From contig CT868230.1 in the NCBI GenBank assembly GCA_000165425.1, positions 1-64,000 on the forward strand: DNA of 64,000 bases. Reading direction: 5' to 3'. Made by a program: the position numbers and the translations under genes. This DNA comes from Paramecium tetraurelia (Eukaryota). Positions 1-14,067 of this stretch are shown piece after piece. The notes beneath the pieces are model-generated. The model searched no databases, was not told where the DNA came from, and worked only from the letters and a program-made list of their open reading frames with translations. Numbering within the stretch: position 1 is the first letter of the stretch; each line of letters opens with the position of its first letter.

Positions 1-1020
1 ATAGATGTCTTCGAATAGTTTTTTAACTAGTTGACATTAAAGAGAGTTTTTGCTTCTTTGAGCGTATTAGGGTAAAGGGAGGAAGCTTTAAAATTGTTAA
101 AATTGGTACATAAAGAAGACAATCAGCTTTACGGCACTTAATACTATCTTTATGATCATTTAAAAGATGAAAAAAATTAGTATAGATAAAATGATATACA
201 ACAAGAAGTATAAGTTGGAAATTAATAAGAAGAATCAAGACAACCTCCAAAGGCCACTCAATAAGTGATGGAATCTGAGTCACAGAAAGAAGAAGAATCA
301 AAAATAAAGAAAGTAACTTAAAATCCTGAAAATTAAAAATAGAGAATGGAGAATTTAAATGATCCAAGTTAAGCAGAATAGATAAAAGCTGAAAATGCAT
401 AACCTGAGTAGAAAATCGAATAATTATAAGTAAAGAAATAAATTGATAATAATAACTAATAATAATTGTAGAATACAGACGAAAAATAGGATGATATAGA
501 TCGTAATTAGAGGATTTAAAATACTTAACATTAAAACTAATAGCCAAATGTGTAGGAGAATGAAGTTGAAAAAAACGATAAAGAAATATAAAAATAAGAA
601 CAAATTCTTATATCTTAACAAAAATAAAAGAAAATTGATTAAAAGTCGATTGAAATAAATGATTAAGACAAAGATGAGGGTTTTAAAGAATTTAAATTGC
701 CAGAGGACCTAAAAAATATAAATTCTCAATCCAAAACAGATGCTAATGTTGTCAAAAAAGATTATTCTGAGACCAAATAAGACAATATCACATCACAAAA
801 ATACGGATATGAAAGTAAGTCGAATTCTAATAAATATTCTTAATTTGATAGAAAATAGTATGAGGACAGAAAACCATAATAATAACCCAACAGAAAATAT
901 GAAAAATTTGAAGATAAATTTAATTTTGATGAAGTTAAAAATAACTATGTTTAAGGAGATTTATTGAATGAAAATTGGGTGAAAGTGGATATACTTTAAG
1001 GATCATAAAAAAAATTATGA
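1..1020 (+). CDS. 3' part of a hypothetical Q/E/N/K-rich protein (5' end outside window)
   Basis: Frame 1 is open in code 6 from base 1 (IDVFEQFFNQLTLKRVF...) to TGA at 1018-1020; low-complexity charged composition. Confidence 0.8.
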
Positions 1021-1550
1021 GTATTATTAAATATCGTATATTAATAAAATGAATGATTATATGTGTTTATAAATATAGAAAATATTTTAAGTAATTTTTG
1101 AGGATTAATTTTATAAATTTACTCTTACTCTAACTATATAAATATAACAAGTTGCAATCCTTTTTCAAATCCCTCAACGTTTAAAATACATTATATAACT
1201 ATAAATTCTTTTTCAATTCTTAAGTGAAGCAAAAACTTAGAATAAAACCAAATCTATCAACTCTTAAAACATACATAGATCTATGGAAAATCGAAAAATT
1301 ACATTTTTTCCATTTATCTAAACTAAAATATAAAAGAAAGGGTTTTTATCAATGGAAATAAATTAACTTTTATAAAACATAATCTTACTTAATTAACTAA
1401 ATAAAAGTCAGATAAATGTTTCTAATATAGTGCAAAATAATATCAAGATTTTATTAAGAAAAATCAATAATCAAATCTTTAAAAGATGGATAAAATTAAT
1501 TAAAAATTTAATATTGTTTTCCGTAATTGTAATTGATATGAACTATTTAT

Positions 1551-4500
1551 TCATCTTTTAGTAAATTCCTCTTGTTCAGTGTGATCAAAATATAGTTTTT
1601 CAATTCCTATTCTACTTGATTTTACACTATTTATCCTTGAACTTAATGAACTTTAATAGAAACCTGACATTATTTGTTTTGAGTTTCTTAGTTATATTTT
1701 TGAGTAATAAATTAAATGGCTCTTCAATTTGAAGATATGATTCTTTAATTTCTTTTTCCTTAATTTTTCTTTTTCTAATTTTTTCATTAACATTACTGTA
1801 ATAAAGAAATTTGGTACTTTCTAACTTAGAAGAGAATGAAATTTATTCAAAAAGAAGAATTAATACTTTTTAAAATAGCTTCTTGCAATTCCAAAAAACA
1901 AATGGATAACAAAGTTTAATTACACATCCTATTATAAAAATTTAGAGCATTATGGATGGGGACACATAATTGTTTTATTCACAAATATATTTGGTTATAG
2001 CTAAAAATATCGAAATTGAACAAATTTAACTAGTTTATAGGTCTAAACTATTATATTTTTTAATAGTGAATGGCTAATGAAATGTAGCCAATATTTGATA
2101 TACCAGTAAACATAATCCTAGCAACGATGCTTTTAAGACAATATCAGTTTCAAAATTTGTCATTATAAATATTATGATTGATTTTTTGAATAGTTTTATG
2201 AGTTCCCAATAATATCTTTCCTATTTGTATTCATTTAATAAGTAAGAAATATGTCTTCTAAGCTTAATCTTCTCCAAACGAGTTCTATTTATCTTCAAAA
2301 GTATAAATATCAGGATAGGAATCAATGCACCAATAACAAACAATCCAGGAATTATAAAATAATACATCCACAAATAGTGATCTTGAGATCCATATTTCAA
2401 CGATAAATCTCCTTGAATGTAATAGTTATTGGATACTTCTCTTTTTGAAATCAACGATGAAAACCTATAAAGTTTAAATCATAAACATACATCTTTATTA
2501 ATCCTGCATAATTAAAAACATATAAGTAGAGAGCTGTATTTGAAAGGAGACTCAGATCTAATTTTTATTTAATTGTTAGTGAATATAAAATAGATCCTGC
2601 AATTGTGAGGATGAAGAGAGTTATCATAAAAATTAACATAGCGAAAATTTTCAAATAAACAAGAGGAATATGTTCGATAGAAGATATTTAACAGTCGAAA
2701 TCTTTTGCAATAAAATAAGAGGTATCACTAGTTTATTCAACAAAAAGTAAAGAAAATTAAAATCTGATGTTAAAAGTAAAAATGACACTAAATATCCATA
2801 TATAGTTTATCATCATTTTTAATTAAATACTTTCCTGATCTAAAATCTATCAATATAAAATACCTTAATTTAGTTTAAATAGGATTTTGCTAAATCTTTA
2901 TGCAATTATTAATGATGCATATAATTAATTAGATCTAGAGATACTTCTTAATGACATCGAAATAGATATAAATGTCCTATCCTTATTATTAAAATATATT
3001 ACCAAAGACAGCCTATCAAAATTGGCAACGTGTTACTCCATTAAAATTAACATTTTAAACAATTATCATCCCATTAGTTTTTAAAATAACTCCCATGTCC
3101 CCTAATGTTATATATGTCACACTCTTCACATAAAGCTCCTATATGTCCTAAATTGCAAGAATTATGGGAAACCTGCCACCCACCTAAACAAAATATGGGA
3201 TTCTTGAAACAAGGTTCGACATAATCAGAAAAATTACTGGGTCTCCAAAAACCAGGAAGTAATTAAATCATATTCGAAGTAATATCAGAGTATTTCTCTT
3301 TATCAAAAATAGAACACTTTGTTGCATTATAGATAACAGAATAATACCCTTAATTAGATTAACATAGCTAACATCCATTATCTACATAGAATTCTCCTAA
3401 TTAACATTTAAGGCTTTTTACATATAGTAGATATGTCAAAATCTTACTAGACTCTTATAATTAGCAACTTATTTCAATTTATAGATGGCTGTAATTTTAT
3501 TAATATGGATCTAAGCTAAATGATAGTGACCCAAAAGGAAAAGAATTATTTTCGTTATCAAAAACCAAAATTTAATAATTTGATTTATCTATTAATTCTT
3601 GTTGATCTTTTGCAATTATCTTATCTTTTACTTCACAAGATGAATTGGCTAAATTGTGCATTTTTTCATTTCTGCTATTTTGAAAATACAAGCTAATATC
3701 TTTTATATATGGCTTATATTTTGAATTATGTATGTCAAAAATCTGATAGGTTTATATGACTTGATTGCTTGGAATCAATAAATCTTTTGTAAATATTTCA
3801 ATTCCCTACTCAACCATTCTATGTGTTTTTAAATCCAACTTATTTATCTTTTCGTTATTCAAAAAAACAGATTCAGAGGGGCTCTCTACATAATTCACAA
3901 AAAAAGCTAAATGATTTGGAATCTCTTTTAAATTATTCCCATAAACTTCAGCAGCATTGAATAATAAGAATGATTCTAAAAAATTATTGTTATTTAGATT
4001 GCAATCATCGTCTAAATATATACCCCCTCCTATTCTAGCTTTATTACCAATAATAATCGATTAGTTGATATTAAAGCCTGATGATTATACTTACATGTAT
4101 AAACCTCCTCCAAAAGTTTCTGCATTATTATTTAAGATTTTACACTTTTTAATTGTTAGATTTGTTTTTTGAGCAGTTACACCAACACCTTGACTTCCAT
4201 TATTAAAGAGGAAATTAGAGTTTGTAATTGAGATTTTTGATTTTAGATAAGTTTACTAGGAAAAATGCAAGCATCCAAATTATTTGATTGAATTATAAAT
4301 GCAATTGAAATTCTCAAATTTAATATATTTAAAGTCTGAAATTTCAATGAATAACAAACCATTATCACACTATTTGCAATCATTATGTTGAAATGTAATA
4401 TCCTTAAAATAATAGCAATTTTGATTAGAGATGCTTTTAAAATATAAGAGAGAGCTTTCCAATTAGTTATTTTATTGAAGAGAATTAACATTAACATAAA

Positions 4501-7500
4501 AATAATCTTTCTCATTACTATCAGGATCTTATTAAATTAAATTACATTCTCTTATGTTATATATGTGATATAAATAATTTAAAAATGATTTCATATCATT
4601 TTTGTAAAGGAAAGCATTTTTTACAACGAGATGCTCTATTTAAATTATTGATTAAATCTATTAGGTTTATGTTACCTAAATTAGATTAAATGAGTATAAC
4701 ATTTAGATATTGTCTATTTTTACATTCAAAAGCTCTAATTTATGGGTATTTGTAAATTAAAAAATAGAATTAGTTATAATCCCTTCAATAAAAAATTCTT
4801 ATATGTAGATTATACAATTTTGAAAAGATATCATAGAATTCTAATTATTTACAGTATCTGTAACTTCTTAGATTAATAAATCTCTAATTTTTAAGAAATA
4901 AATTGACCAAGCATCGTATCTTTAAGCAATCCTCATATTTACTACGGTTATGATATTTTCTTTAGCTTGAGATGATGAGAATTATACATTTATAATTTAA
5001 TTGAGCAAAGAAATGCAATTTATAATTTAAGTATTCTTTAGTTATATAATATTTAATGATTTGGAGGGGTTAATAGTGAATATCGATGGTGCCATTCTAT
5101 TAAAAATACTTGAAAATACAGCGTTTACTAAATTTAGATTCAGATCACTGTTAGATGAATAAATACTAATGCATCCTGAACCTTTTTCTATTGATAATAA
5201 ATTATTCTCTATTTAATCTATTGTGATATTGAATAAATTTATTAAACCTCTTTCATTAGTTGTAATATCAAAAACAGAGCTTTACATAGCGAGAATTTTT
5301 GAAAATGCACAATCAATACAAGACATGTTTTTAACTGAAAATTATCCTGCTCCTCCAATATTTTTGATCTATAAAATTTAGAATATAATTTCATTTAGAT
5401 TTTATTGATTTAGATTCTCGTTGAATTGCAATTCATAATATTTCGTCCATATTTGTTAAGATAGAAAATTGTGGTTAGTTATAGTATAATTGATAAGTAT
5501 TATCTCAGCTGACATCATGGCTATAAAAGCATTTGATGAATTTGTGAATGCATTGTTTTTACAAAAAAAATTCATAACTTTCAATAGACTCAACGATGAA
5601 GAGATGTACAAAAGACTAGCTGCTTCTCTTAACGCAGTACTCGTGTAAGAATGGAAAAAGTTTTCTTCGTATTCGATATTTTACAGTAAAATACTTTCTT
5701 TTTTATCTGATTCAATTATTAACAAAGAAATCAGGTTAGTTAACGTTGATTAAATGAGAATATTTTGAGTAAATGTAACATTAATTATCTGAATCTAACG
5801 AGTAACATATGATATATTTTGTTGGCTTGGATTAATCTAGATTATAGGTTCATCAACGCTCAGTATGTGTAAGATCTAGACATTTGCAATATAAATGGTT
5901 GTAAATCCAAAAATATATAGTAACTTGTTTGTGTTATTGGTTATTAAACAACCTGAGGATATGGGAATTTTAAAATTGTGGATAGAGTTTTTATAAGTCA
6001 TATTTGTAATTGATATTTTAGTATTTTCAGATAAGTAAAATATCACTAAATCGTGATTGTCAATAATTAAAAAATTTGACATGCGAATTTCTTAACTATT
6101 CATGCAAAAGAGTTAAATGTTTTCATTTTATTTAGATGATTTGAAGTTTTCTGTTATTTCAAAATTATCAAAGTTGATAATAAGCAAGTTTGTTGAAAAT
6201 GTTGAAAAGATCAAAATTATATTGGAAGACTAATAATGATTATTGTTTGCTATAAAATCATTTATTTTACACATAATTTGATACTTCAACAATATTTAAG
6301 TGATGGATATGAATTAAGAGAGAGAGAGGACATTTTGATAAATTTTTATGTTATTTATTGAAATGTTATGACTAACTGAAATAATAACAGAGTCTTCTAA
6401 AGAGTTGAAATAAAATTGAAAATCGTTCATACTTACTTTTATTTAATTTGTGCAGTTTATTAAATATGATCGAGAGAAATTGCTATTTCTTATAATTGTA
6501 TTAAATACATTTAGATATCTTGATTATTAGGAATAACTGCTAAAAAAACTGAATATTGATGAATTTTTTAAGAGGGATTAATCTAAAATAAAGTAATTTA
6601 AAGAAATAATTGATTCAATTTTAGACATTTTAAATAGTGCTGATTCAATAATTGTACAATTGTTAATTTTTAGATTTGTTATGGAAATCTTCCCCTAAAC
6701 CTAATATAATTCAAAATTAAAAATGGAGGAGTTGATAAAGGTCGTGTTTTCGACCGTAAAATTATTTATAATAATATTACCAAACACATCAGCTCTGAAC
6801 AATGATTCTATATTTTAAATTACACTTTAAGTAATTGTAAAATTTGATAGAATCAAATCGATTTTGTTATTTGTATTTTGGAATAGAAAGAATTGATCTG
6901 CAGTAATCAAAAATCCTAAATTGCTTATCTCAACCTAATCATAATTTTTGAATGAATTATTGGTAAATAAAGTAATTTGTAAGTAATTTTACGATGATAA
7001 TTTGAAGTCAACCTTTTTTACAGTGAAGACTTTTTATTTTAATTAAGTTGAGAAATCTAATGGCAAAATTAGAAAGCATTTTGGTTGTAAAACCTAAAAA
7101 GTGAAATTTATTTTAATATACTCCATTCCAATTTAATTACAATATTAGGTATTGATTGCTGATTCATAAAATCTATTAAATCTTGTAAAATCACATGAGT
7201 AATAAGAAACGTCAAAAATAAATTTATCCTTACAATCCTGATTGAAACAATACTTCACAATTTGAGAATAATGATCATAAAAGATGGTGGGATCCCAATA
7301 TGCTTTTATGCATTTCTTAGTATAGATTTAATTGTCCTAAGTAACATTGAAATTGGGAAAATTAAGCTATTTATGATGTTTGATTTTCTTACTTGTATCT
7401 CTTTAGCAGAACGAGCCTAACATACTTCACACAACGGATGACAATAAGTGCAATTCGGACCTTTCTCTGTTATAATGTTTTTTTTTTGGTAATTTAATGG

Positions 7501-10171
7501 GCAGTATTTGCAATACGGAATAGTGATATCACATAAAAGGCATTAAGAATCACAATATTACTAAACAGAGTTTAATGAACTTAAGTATTTGCTATAAACA
7601 CTTGTTTTTAGGTTTGGAACAAATTAAAGAATGAAGCTTTGAATCTTATTTGTATAATTTTAAATTTAGTTTTTCTAAATGTTAAATTCTTCGTTTTAAT
7701 AACATTTATTGCCCTCAATTACATAACTATCCTAACATACAACACATTTAATTTGTTTTTCAATATTTAAAGAACATAAATTGCAATTTTCTATATATTT
7801 CTAGCAATTAGATATCTCTGGTGCAATAGAAAAATCAGTATTCTTTGATGAAACGCATAGCTCCTGACTTTATAAATTGATATAAGTTCTTTAACAATTA
7901 TCTATTTCAGGAATTTGCCTTAAACACAACCCAAGAGTGAAATCGAATATATAATTTTCCTCACAAAGTGCGCAACCTATTTTGATATTTTTCAGATTTC
8001 TTAAATTAAAATCGGAGACAGTCACTAAAGTGCATACATTTAAATCACTTGTTGAATATTCAAAGCAATAAATGCAATTTTTGATTTCGCAAATTTTACA
8101 TTATTTTTCAAATGAATAGTAAAATGGTGGTAAACAAACGAGATCAGATATTGAATTATTTTGAGATTATTATATACACTCTCCATCTACTAGAACATAT
8201 TTACTATAACAAACTACGCATTCAAAAGTAGTAGGAGTTATCTAACAAACTTAACAACTATCAATGAAGCATTCATAACAAATGAATTAATCAGTTGCTG
8301 CAAAATCCATTTATTAACAAAACCGTCGAAAATTATTTTAAGCTAACTGAAATTCCTTAAAAATTCCATCTATATTTTAAAGATCTGTATCATAAGCTGA
8401 TGTATGGGTATCATGAATTGGGTTAAGTAATATTCCATCAAAATAATAATTGATTTGACCAAATGAAATGTATGCCTCATCAAAAGTGATATTTGGTTTA
8501 ATCACATAGACTATTTAGCAGATAGGATAATCAAACCATGACTTTGGGTTATTTAGACATTCAACACAACTAATAAATTGCTCCTTAATCAAAGAAGGAC
8601 TAAATAAAAATCAAATGCTACCATTTAATACAATCTCCCTCAAACTCGAAGTACCCGTATTTACAATTCTAACTAGTATTCTGCTCTTCATTTTTTATTA
8701 ATCTTAAACCTGATTTTTAGTATGATTAGCATTGGTTCTGATTATCAATTGTGTTTTAGGGACAAATGCAGACTTTATATTTTGGGAGATATATTCTTTG
8801 AGAGTCGACTGAACAAGATAGGCAATCCTGATTGGTTGGACCATCACATTCTAAACAACTATAATGACAACTTTATTGAGTAAGTTTTTTATAACAATTA
8901 TAAAATTCCAAATTTCTAATTAAGATGTTTAAATAATTAATTTTAGTTTATAAACAATTTCCATATTAAACTTTAAATTGACAATTTTAAAATTAAAGTA
9001 CTTAGAAATTAGCATCATAACGAAAAGTATCTTTTTCTTCATAAAATATTATTGCTACACTAAGTTTATTTTTTTATAATTCAACTTTGAGATAATGCCA
9101 CATTGTGATCTTATTTTCAATTAAGATTCTCTTAGAGAGCAGGAATGGATTATTTGAAAAATCAATAGAGACGTCAGGAAATGTATAGCTATAGGTTGTG
9201 ATTTCTAATTCATTTTTCTATGAACTGATATGATAAATTATTTGGAACGGAGATAAGTTTTGATTCTAAAAAGTTGGATGTAATAAATTCGCTTATATTT
9301 TGATTAGCTGATAAGTTAATTGATCTTATAAATTTACAATTTCCTTAACTTTAATCCAACCCACTAGAACAAATGAATCACAATTTATTTTTTCAGAAAT
9401 AAATTAGTTAATATCTTATAGTTTTACATCCATATCTCCTATCAAAGATTTCGAATTTGATGAACAAACACAGCTCTTGATTGAATTATATACTTTATTT
9501 GCCGAATCAATAAAAGCATAATCAAGGGCTAAACTTGAGATTGAGACATCTTACAAAATAATAGGACCAGGAAAATATGAAAATGTTTGGCCTATTGATT
9601 GATCATATATTTTCGAATTATGTACTAAAAGATTACCTCCGAAAGAAAATATTAAGTTTGTATCTTTGAATGGGTATTTCATTTATCTTATGGCTTCATA
9701 CTAAATTTCTTATCTTTTCATGATTATCAATCTAAACATATCCTATAATGGCCATGATATAATTTATAAATAAAACCAAGTATTTTCGTAGTCTAAAGGA
9801 TCTATTGTTATTTCAAATCTATTCTATTCTTCTAGATTATTTATAAATAAGAGTGTTTTTGTTATTTTCTTTGTAGCAGAGTTTAAGCAGTCGTAATACA
9901 CGAGATTTAAACTTTGGGATTCTTAATCAATTGCATTGTGCAAATGAAAGCAAAGACTATCAAATAATCCAAATCTTCCTATTTGAGTGATTGTACTAAG
10001 AGGATTATACTTTGACCAAATCCCATATGTCAAGCAACTATTACTTGTATATTCATCATCTTTCAATTAAACAAATCTCCTTAAATATTGATTAGATGAA
10101 TTCATTTTAATTGTCTCAAAACCATTCACCAACTTTGCTTAGATACTCAAAAATAAGAATATATTTATCAT
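1551..10171 (-). CDS. Giant (~2,800 aa) ciliate surface/membrane protein: signal peptide, CxxC furin-like repeats, beta-helix (pectin-lyase/Pmp-like) region, C-terminal multi-pass TM region
   Basis: ATG 10171 MINIFLFLSIQAKLVNG...YGIWSKYNPLS; CxxC arrays ~7400-8700; NNAETFGGGLY and NKARIGGGIY motifs ~4020-4130; CLGGW...C..GHIGALCEECD ~3120-3190; hydrophobic helices 1900-3000; tiny introns (e.g. 2465-2490); TGA 1551-1553. Confidence 0.85.
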
Positions 10172-10638
10172 TTGATTAATACTTAATAAAAACAATATAA
10201 TTTATGATGAGTTTTATATTTTATAAAAGAAAGTGTAAGAGAGAGTTTGAGAATGCATAATCAAATTTTTATAATATTGAATTGATAAATACTACATTTA
10301 TTTGAATTGTAAACAAAAATTCAATTAAATATATAGCACTTCTAAATAAGCTATAATAACTTGCAATAACCCTTTGTCCTTAATAAAATTTGATATTTTT
10401 TATTATCGATTTCCTTGTATCGCTCTTATGATCTCTGTATTGTTCTGTTTATTAAATAAACAAGGTTTAGAATTTCAAATTTCAGATCACAGGAAATAAG
10501 TATAATCTAGTTTATCTGAATGAAATTTAAAAATTTTCATTTCAGAAATGGTTATATAACTTAATTTAACGAATTCGATAATTTTTATTTTTATTATAGG
10601 ATGTTTTAAATCACAGAAATTAATAGGTTTTTATTGAT

Positions 10639-11121
10639 TCAAATTTGAAAAAAATCAGTAGTAAATGAAATATCTTCATTTTAACTTAAATATTATTATT
10701 CTTAAAAATCTTCTTATTCATACTCTTCTTAAAAATCTTCTTCTTCATAGTCTTCTTAAAAGGTTTAATCTTCTTCCAGTAGTGACATGTTTTCAAAATC
10801 TTGAATTATGGTAAAATTATCCTATTCGCTTACATTAGAATTCTCACTAATCTATCCCTTAAATTGTAGTTACTCATCTACTTCTATATCGTCTGACTAG
10901 GGTGGTTCTTATTATTCATATTCAATTTAAGGACTTGGAGAAGATTCACTCTAAAAATAATTAATATTAAATATTGATGATTCTTTAGCAGAAATAATTT
11001 TGGTGAATTCCTCATTCAGATTATTTGAAAACCTGGTCTTGTTACATAAATTATATTCTATAAAATGAACGCAGCTTAAAATAAGGATGTAGATTTTATA
11101 CTTTTGTTAGAAAGGCATCAT
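10639..11121 (-). CDS. Small acidic hypothetical protein
   Basis: Open code-6 frame from ATG 11121 (MMPFQQK...) to TGA 10639-10641; D/E-rich tail with EEDFQEEYE repeats. Confidence 0.6.
10699..10775. repeat. ~27-nt coding tandem repeat (2-3 copies)
   Basis: Unit tcttcttaaaaatcttcttattcatac repeated with substitutions; encodes the acidic repeat on the minus strand. Confidence 0.7.
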
Positions 11122-11466
11122 TAAAAAGGGGCGTATTAATGGTATTTCAATATAATAAACTATTAGATGTAATATTGAAGGAAGAGTGAATTTAGCAAGG
11201 TTTTGAATTCTATTATTATTGATATGGCTTAATAAATCCCGAGCTCAAATTCTATTACTGAATGGAATTAAAACAAATATTGAATTTAGAATTAATTATT
11301 TTCTATTAATAGTAGGCAGATGTGCAATTAAGTTTAATAATTGTTAAGAATGATATCATAAGATGTACCTTAGAATGGTAAAGTCATTTAAGGATTCAAG
11401 TATTTTAGATGGAAAATAAAATATTGAAGTAATAATAAATTTATAAAAGCAAGAATAGAGTGACTT

Positions 11467-12430
11467 TCAATCAAAAAAAGTACTTAATTATTTTTAAATT
11501 AGAGTGCAATCTTGGTGGTCTATTAAGACTGGGGTTTCTTGTCTAAAGAAGTAGAGAAACATAGTTTAGTTCTCATATTTAGAATGAAACTGAAATTTAA
11601 TTTGACATTCTTACCCAACCATGTATAGGAGTACTGGCTTCATAGATCCCTCTGCCTTGGATGCAATTATTTCTAAATTCACCAATATATCTTGTTTTGT
11701 CATTAAAGACAAGCTCCCCATTTCCATGCATCTTTCCCTTATGCACGTTACCCTTATAAACACAGCCATTCGCAAATTCAAATTTACCTTGGCCATGAAT
11801 TTTGCCATCTTAAAATTGTCCGGTATAAATCGTTCCATTTTTACGTATTTCAGTGCCTTCTCCAATTAATTTATTATTAATCCAAAATCCTCTGACCTCT
11901 TTTCTAGAATTGACAAATTTGCCTAAGCCATTAGCCACATTATTAACAAAATCCCCATCGAAACTAAACAATTTGAATGAAATATATTACTAGTCCCCAT
12001 TTGGATAAATCATTCTGGCTCTTCCATTTAATTGATTATCAATCCAAATCCTTATAATATAAGAACATAGGATTTACCCCTCTAATAAATTTCCCTCCTT
12101 CGGCCAATGCTGTTTTCCTTAACCATTTCTCTTTCCATTTAAAGTTTATCCGAAAAAAATGCTTTGATCTGGCATCAGCAAATACTGACCAGATAGATTA
12201 GGGAATAAATCCCCCAATTCTTAAAGTACTATTTAAACTTTCGGATTAAGGTCTCCAATGCTGCTGAGATTCATTCCAATTTACATATATTGATCTTGAG
12301 AGTCAGATAAATCCAGATCGGTTTGAAGAGTTGTTTGATTTACTAATATGACATCTAATGCTGTACTTGACTCAGGTAATTTGATATTGAATTGCTTAAT
12401 GTGTTAATCTTTAGTTGATACACATCCCAT
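11467..12430 (-). CDS. MORN-repeat protein with N-terminal MGC acylation motif
   Basis: ATG 12430 MGCVSTKK; MORN units such as FFGQTLNGKRNGQGKQHW, WIDNQLNGRARMIYPNGD, GEFRNNCIQGRGIY; short introns; TGA 11467-11469. Confidence 0.85.
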
Positions 12431-12759
12431 GGTTTATTATTTTCAATTTGATAAAATAAAATGATCGTAAATCAGAATGCAAGAACATATATTAACAATT
12501 AAATCAAGAATTGAATATTCAAGATCAATGTTCTTAAAATAACTTTTAATATATTATTTTAATTACAATGTAATTACATTTGGTATATTTAAATTAATGT
12601 CAATTCGTAGAATATAAATAGGAATGCTGGACTCAGTCTCATAAAACAACGAACTTGTAAAACTAAATAGATTAATTGAAATTTCTAACTCAGTCTTAAT
12701 AAATATTATTATGAATGAAAAAATTATTGGATAATAATATTTTATAAAATATAATTTCG

Positions 12760-14041
12760 ATGAGTTTATCTAGGAATGGATCTAAGTTTTCAAGACATGA
12801 TCGCATTACCAATTCTTAGATACTGGATCTGAGGAAGGGCAAAATGTACCCATCATCAAGCAAGAATTCTGATCAACCGGGGGGATTTTTTCTGAGCCTA
12901 GCCAATAATAAAGCACCAGATTATGGGTAAGCTTAGTTATTAAATAATGATGCTTTGAAACACAAAATCAAAGAGAAAAGAAACCAAAAATCAATGGATA
13001 ATGATGCTGTGTTGAATACCCTGGTTACTAAAGTTGATGCTAAATTGATTTCATCACCATTAAAAAAGAAAGTAATTGCCATTGATCCTAAAATTGATGT
13101 GCCCACTCAAATCAAACCATACTCTCTCACTCCTTAATCTCGATTGCAATCATTTCGGATCGCAAGTCCTTCATAAAAACCTAGATCACAAAGTTAAAAC
13201 AAAAGAAACGACATCTATTATCTAACCAAACTCTAAAGGGCTTTCGATACCAATGGTTCTGATTACTTCTCTCGCATGTATCGCGAACACTTCCACTAAA
13301 CCTATTAAGGATTAAATTGTAGATTTTTTCCACAAAATAATAATGACTATAATAAATCTCATAAATTACCCAAAAAACATTAAAGTATATTTCATCATAA
13401 CAAAATAAGGATAATTCACTTTGTTTTTTGATTTAGACGAAACATTGGTCCACTGCAATGAAACACCTACGATCCCTTGTGATGTAGTCTTGGAAATCAA
13501 TGTTTCCAAACATCAAGTAGTTAGAGCTGGCATCAATGTAAGACCGTATGCAAAAGAATTGTTAAAAAATCTCTCCAATCATTTTGAAATTATTGTCTTT
13601 ACAGCTTCACATAGTTGCTATGCAGAAAAGGTAATTAGAATAATTGATTAGGTTTGCAATTATTTAGACCCAGATTCTACCATTATAAGTCATCGATTAT
13701 TTAGGGACAGCTGCACTCAAACTAATACTTCCCTTTACACTAAAGATTTAAGAATATTTTGTGATAATACCAATAGACAGTTGAGTTAAGTAGCTTTGAT
13801 TGATAATGCCTCGTATTCTTATGCTTGGCAAATAGAGAATGGAATACCAATACTTCCATTCTATGATAATAAAGACGATAGAGAATTGATAGAGTTGGAG
13901 AAATATTTGAAAAACATGATTGGCGTATCTGATATAAGAGAATATAATAGAAACAATTTAAAATTGCATTTGTTTGTAGATCAACATGGACCTTATAAAG
14001 TATTGGAAAATCTATTTGGTAAACCACAATAACTTTTATGA
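12760..14041 (+). CDS. FCP1/SCP (NLI-interacting factor) family HAD phosphatase
   Basis: ATG 12760 MSLSRNGSK; catalytic FDLDETLVH, then RPYAKELL, FTASH..YA, KDLR, IDN; introns ~13385-13409 and ~13631-13651; TGA 14039-14041. Confidence 0.92.
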
Positions 14042-14067
14042 GTATTAAAGATTATCATTAAGATCAT

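Noticed and set aside
23..621. Minus-strand hydrophobic ORFs in the supplied track (23-547, 424-621) and similar ones elsewhere (e.g. 53531-53842, 55940-56167)
   Set aside because: They are antisense shadows of K/E/Q-rich genes read with the wrong genetic code.
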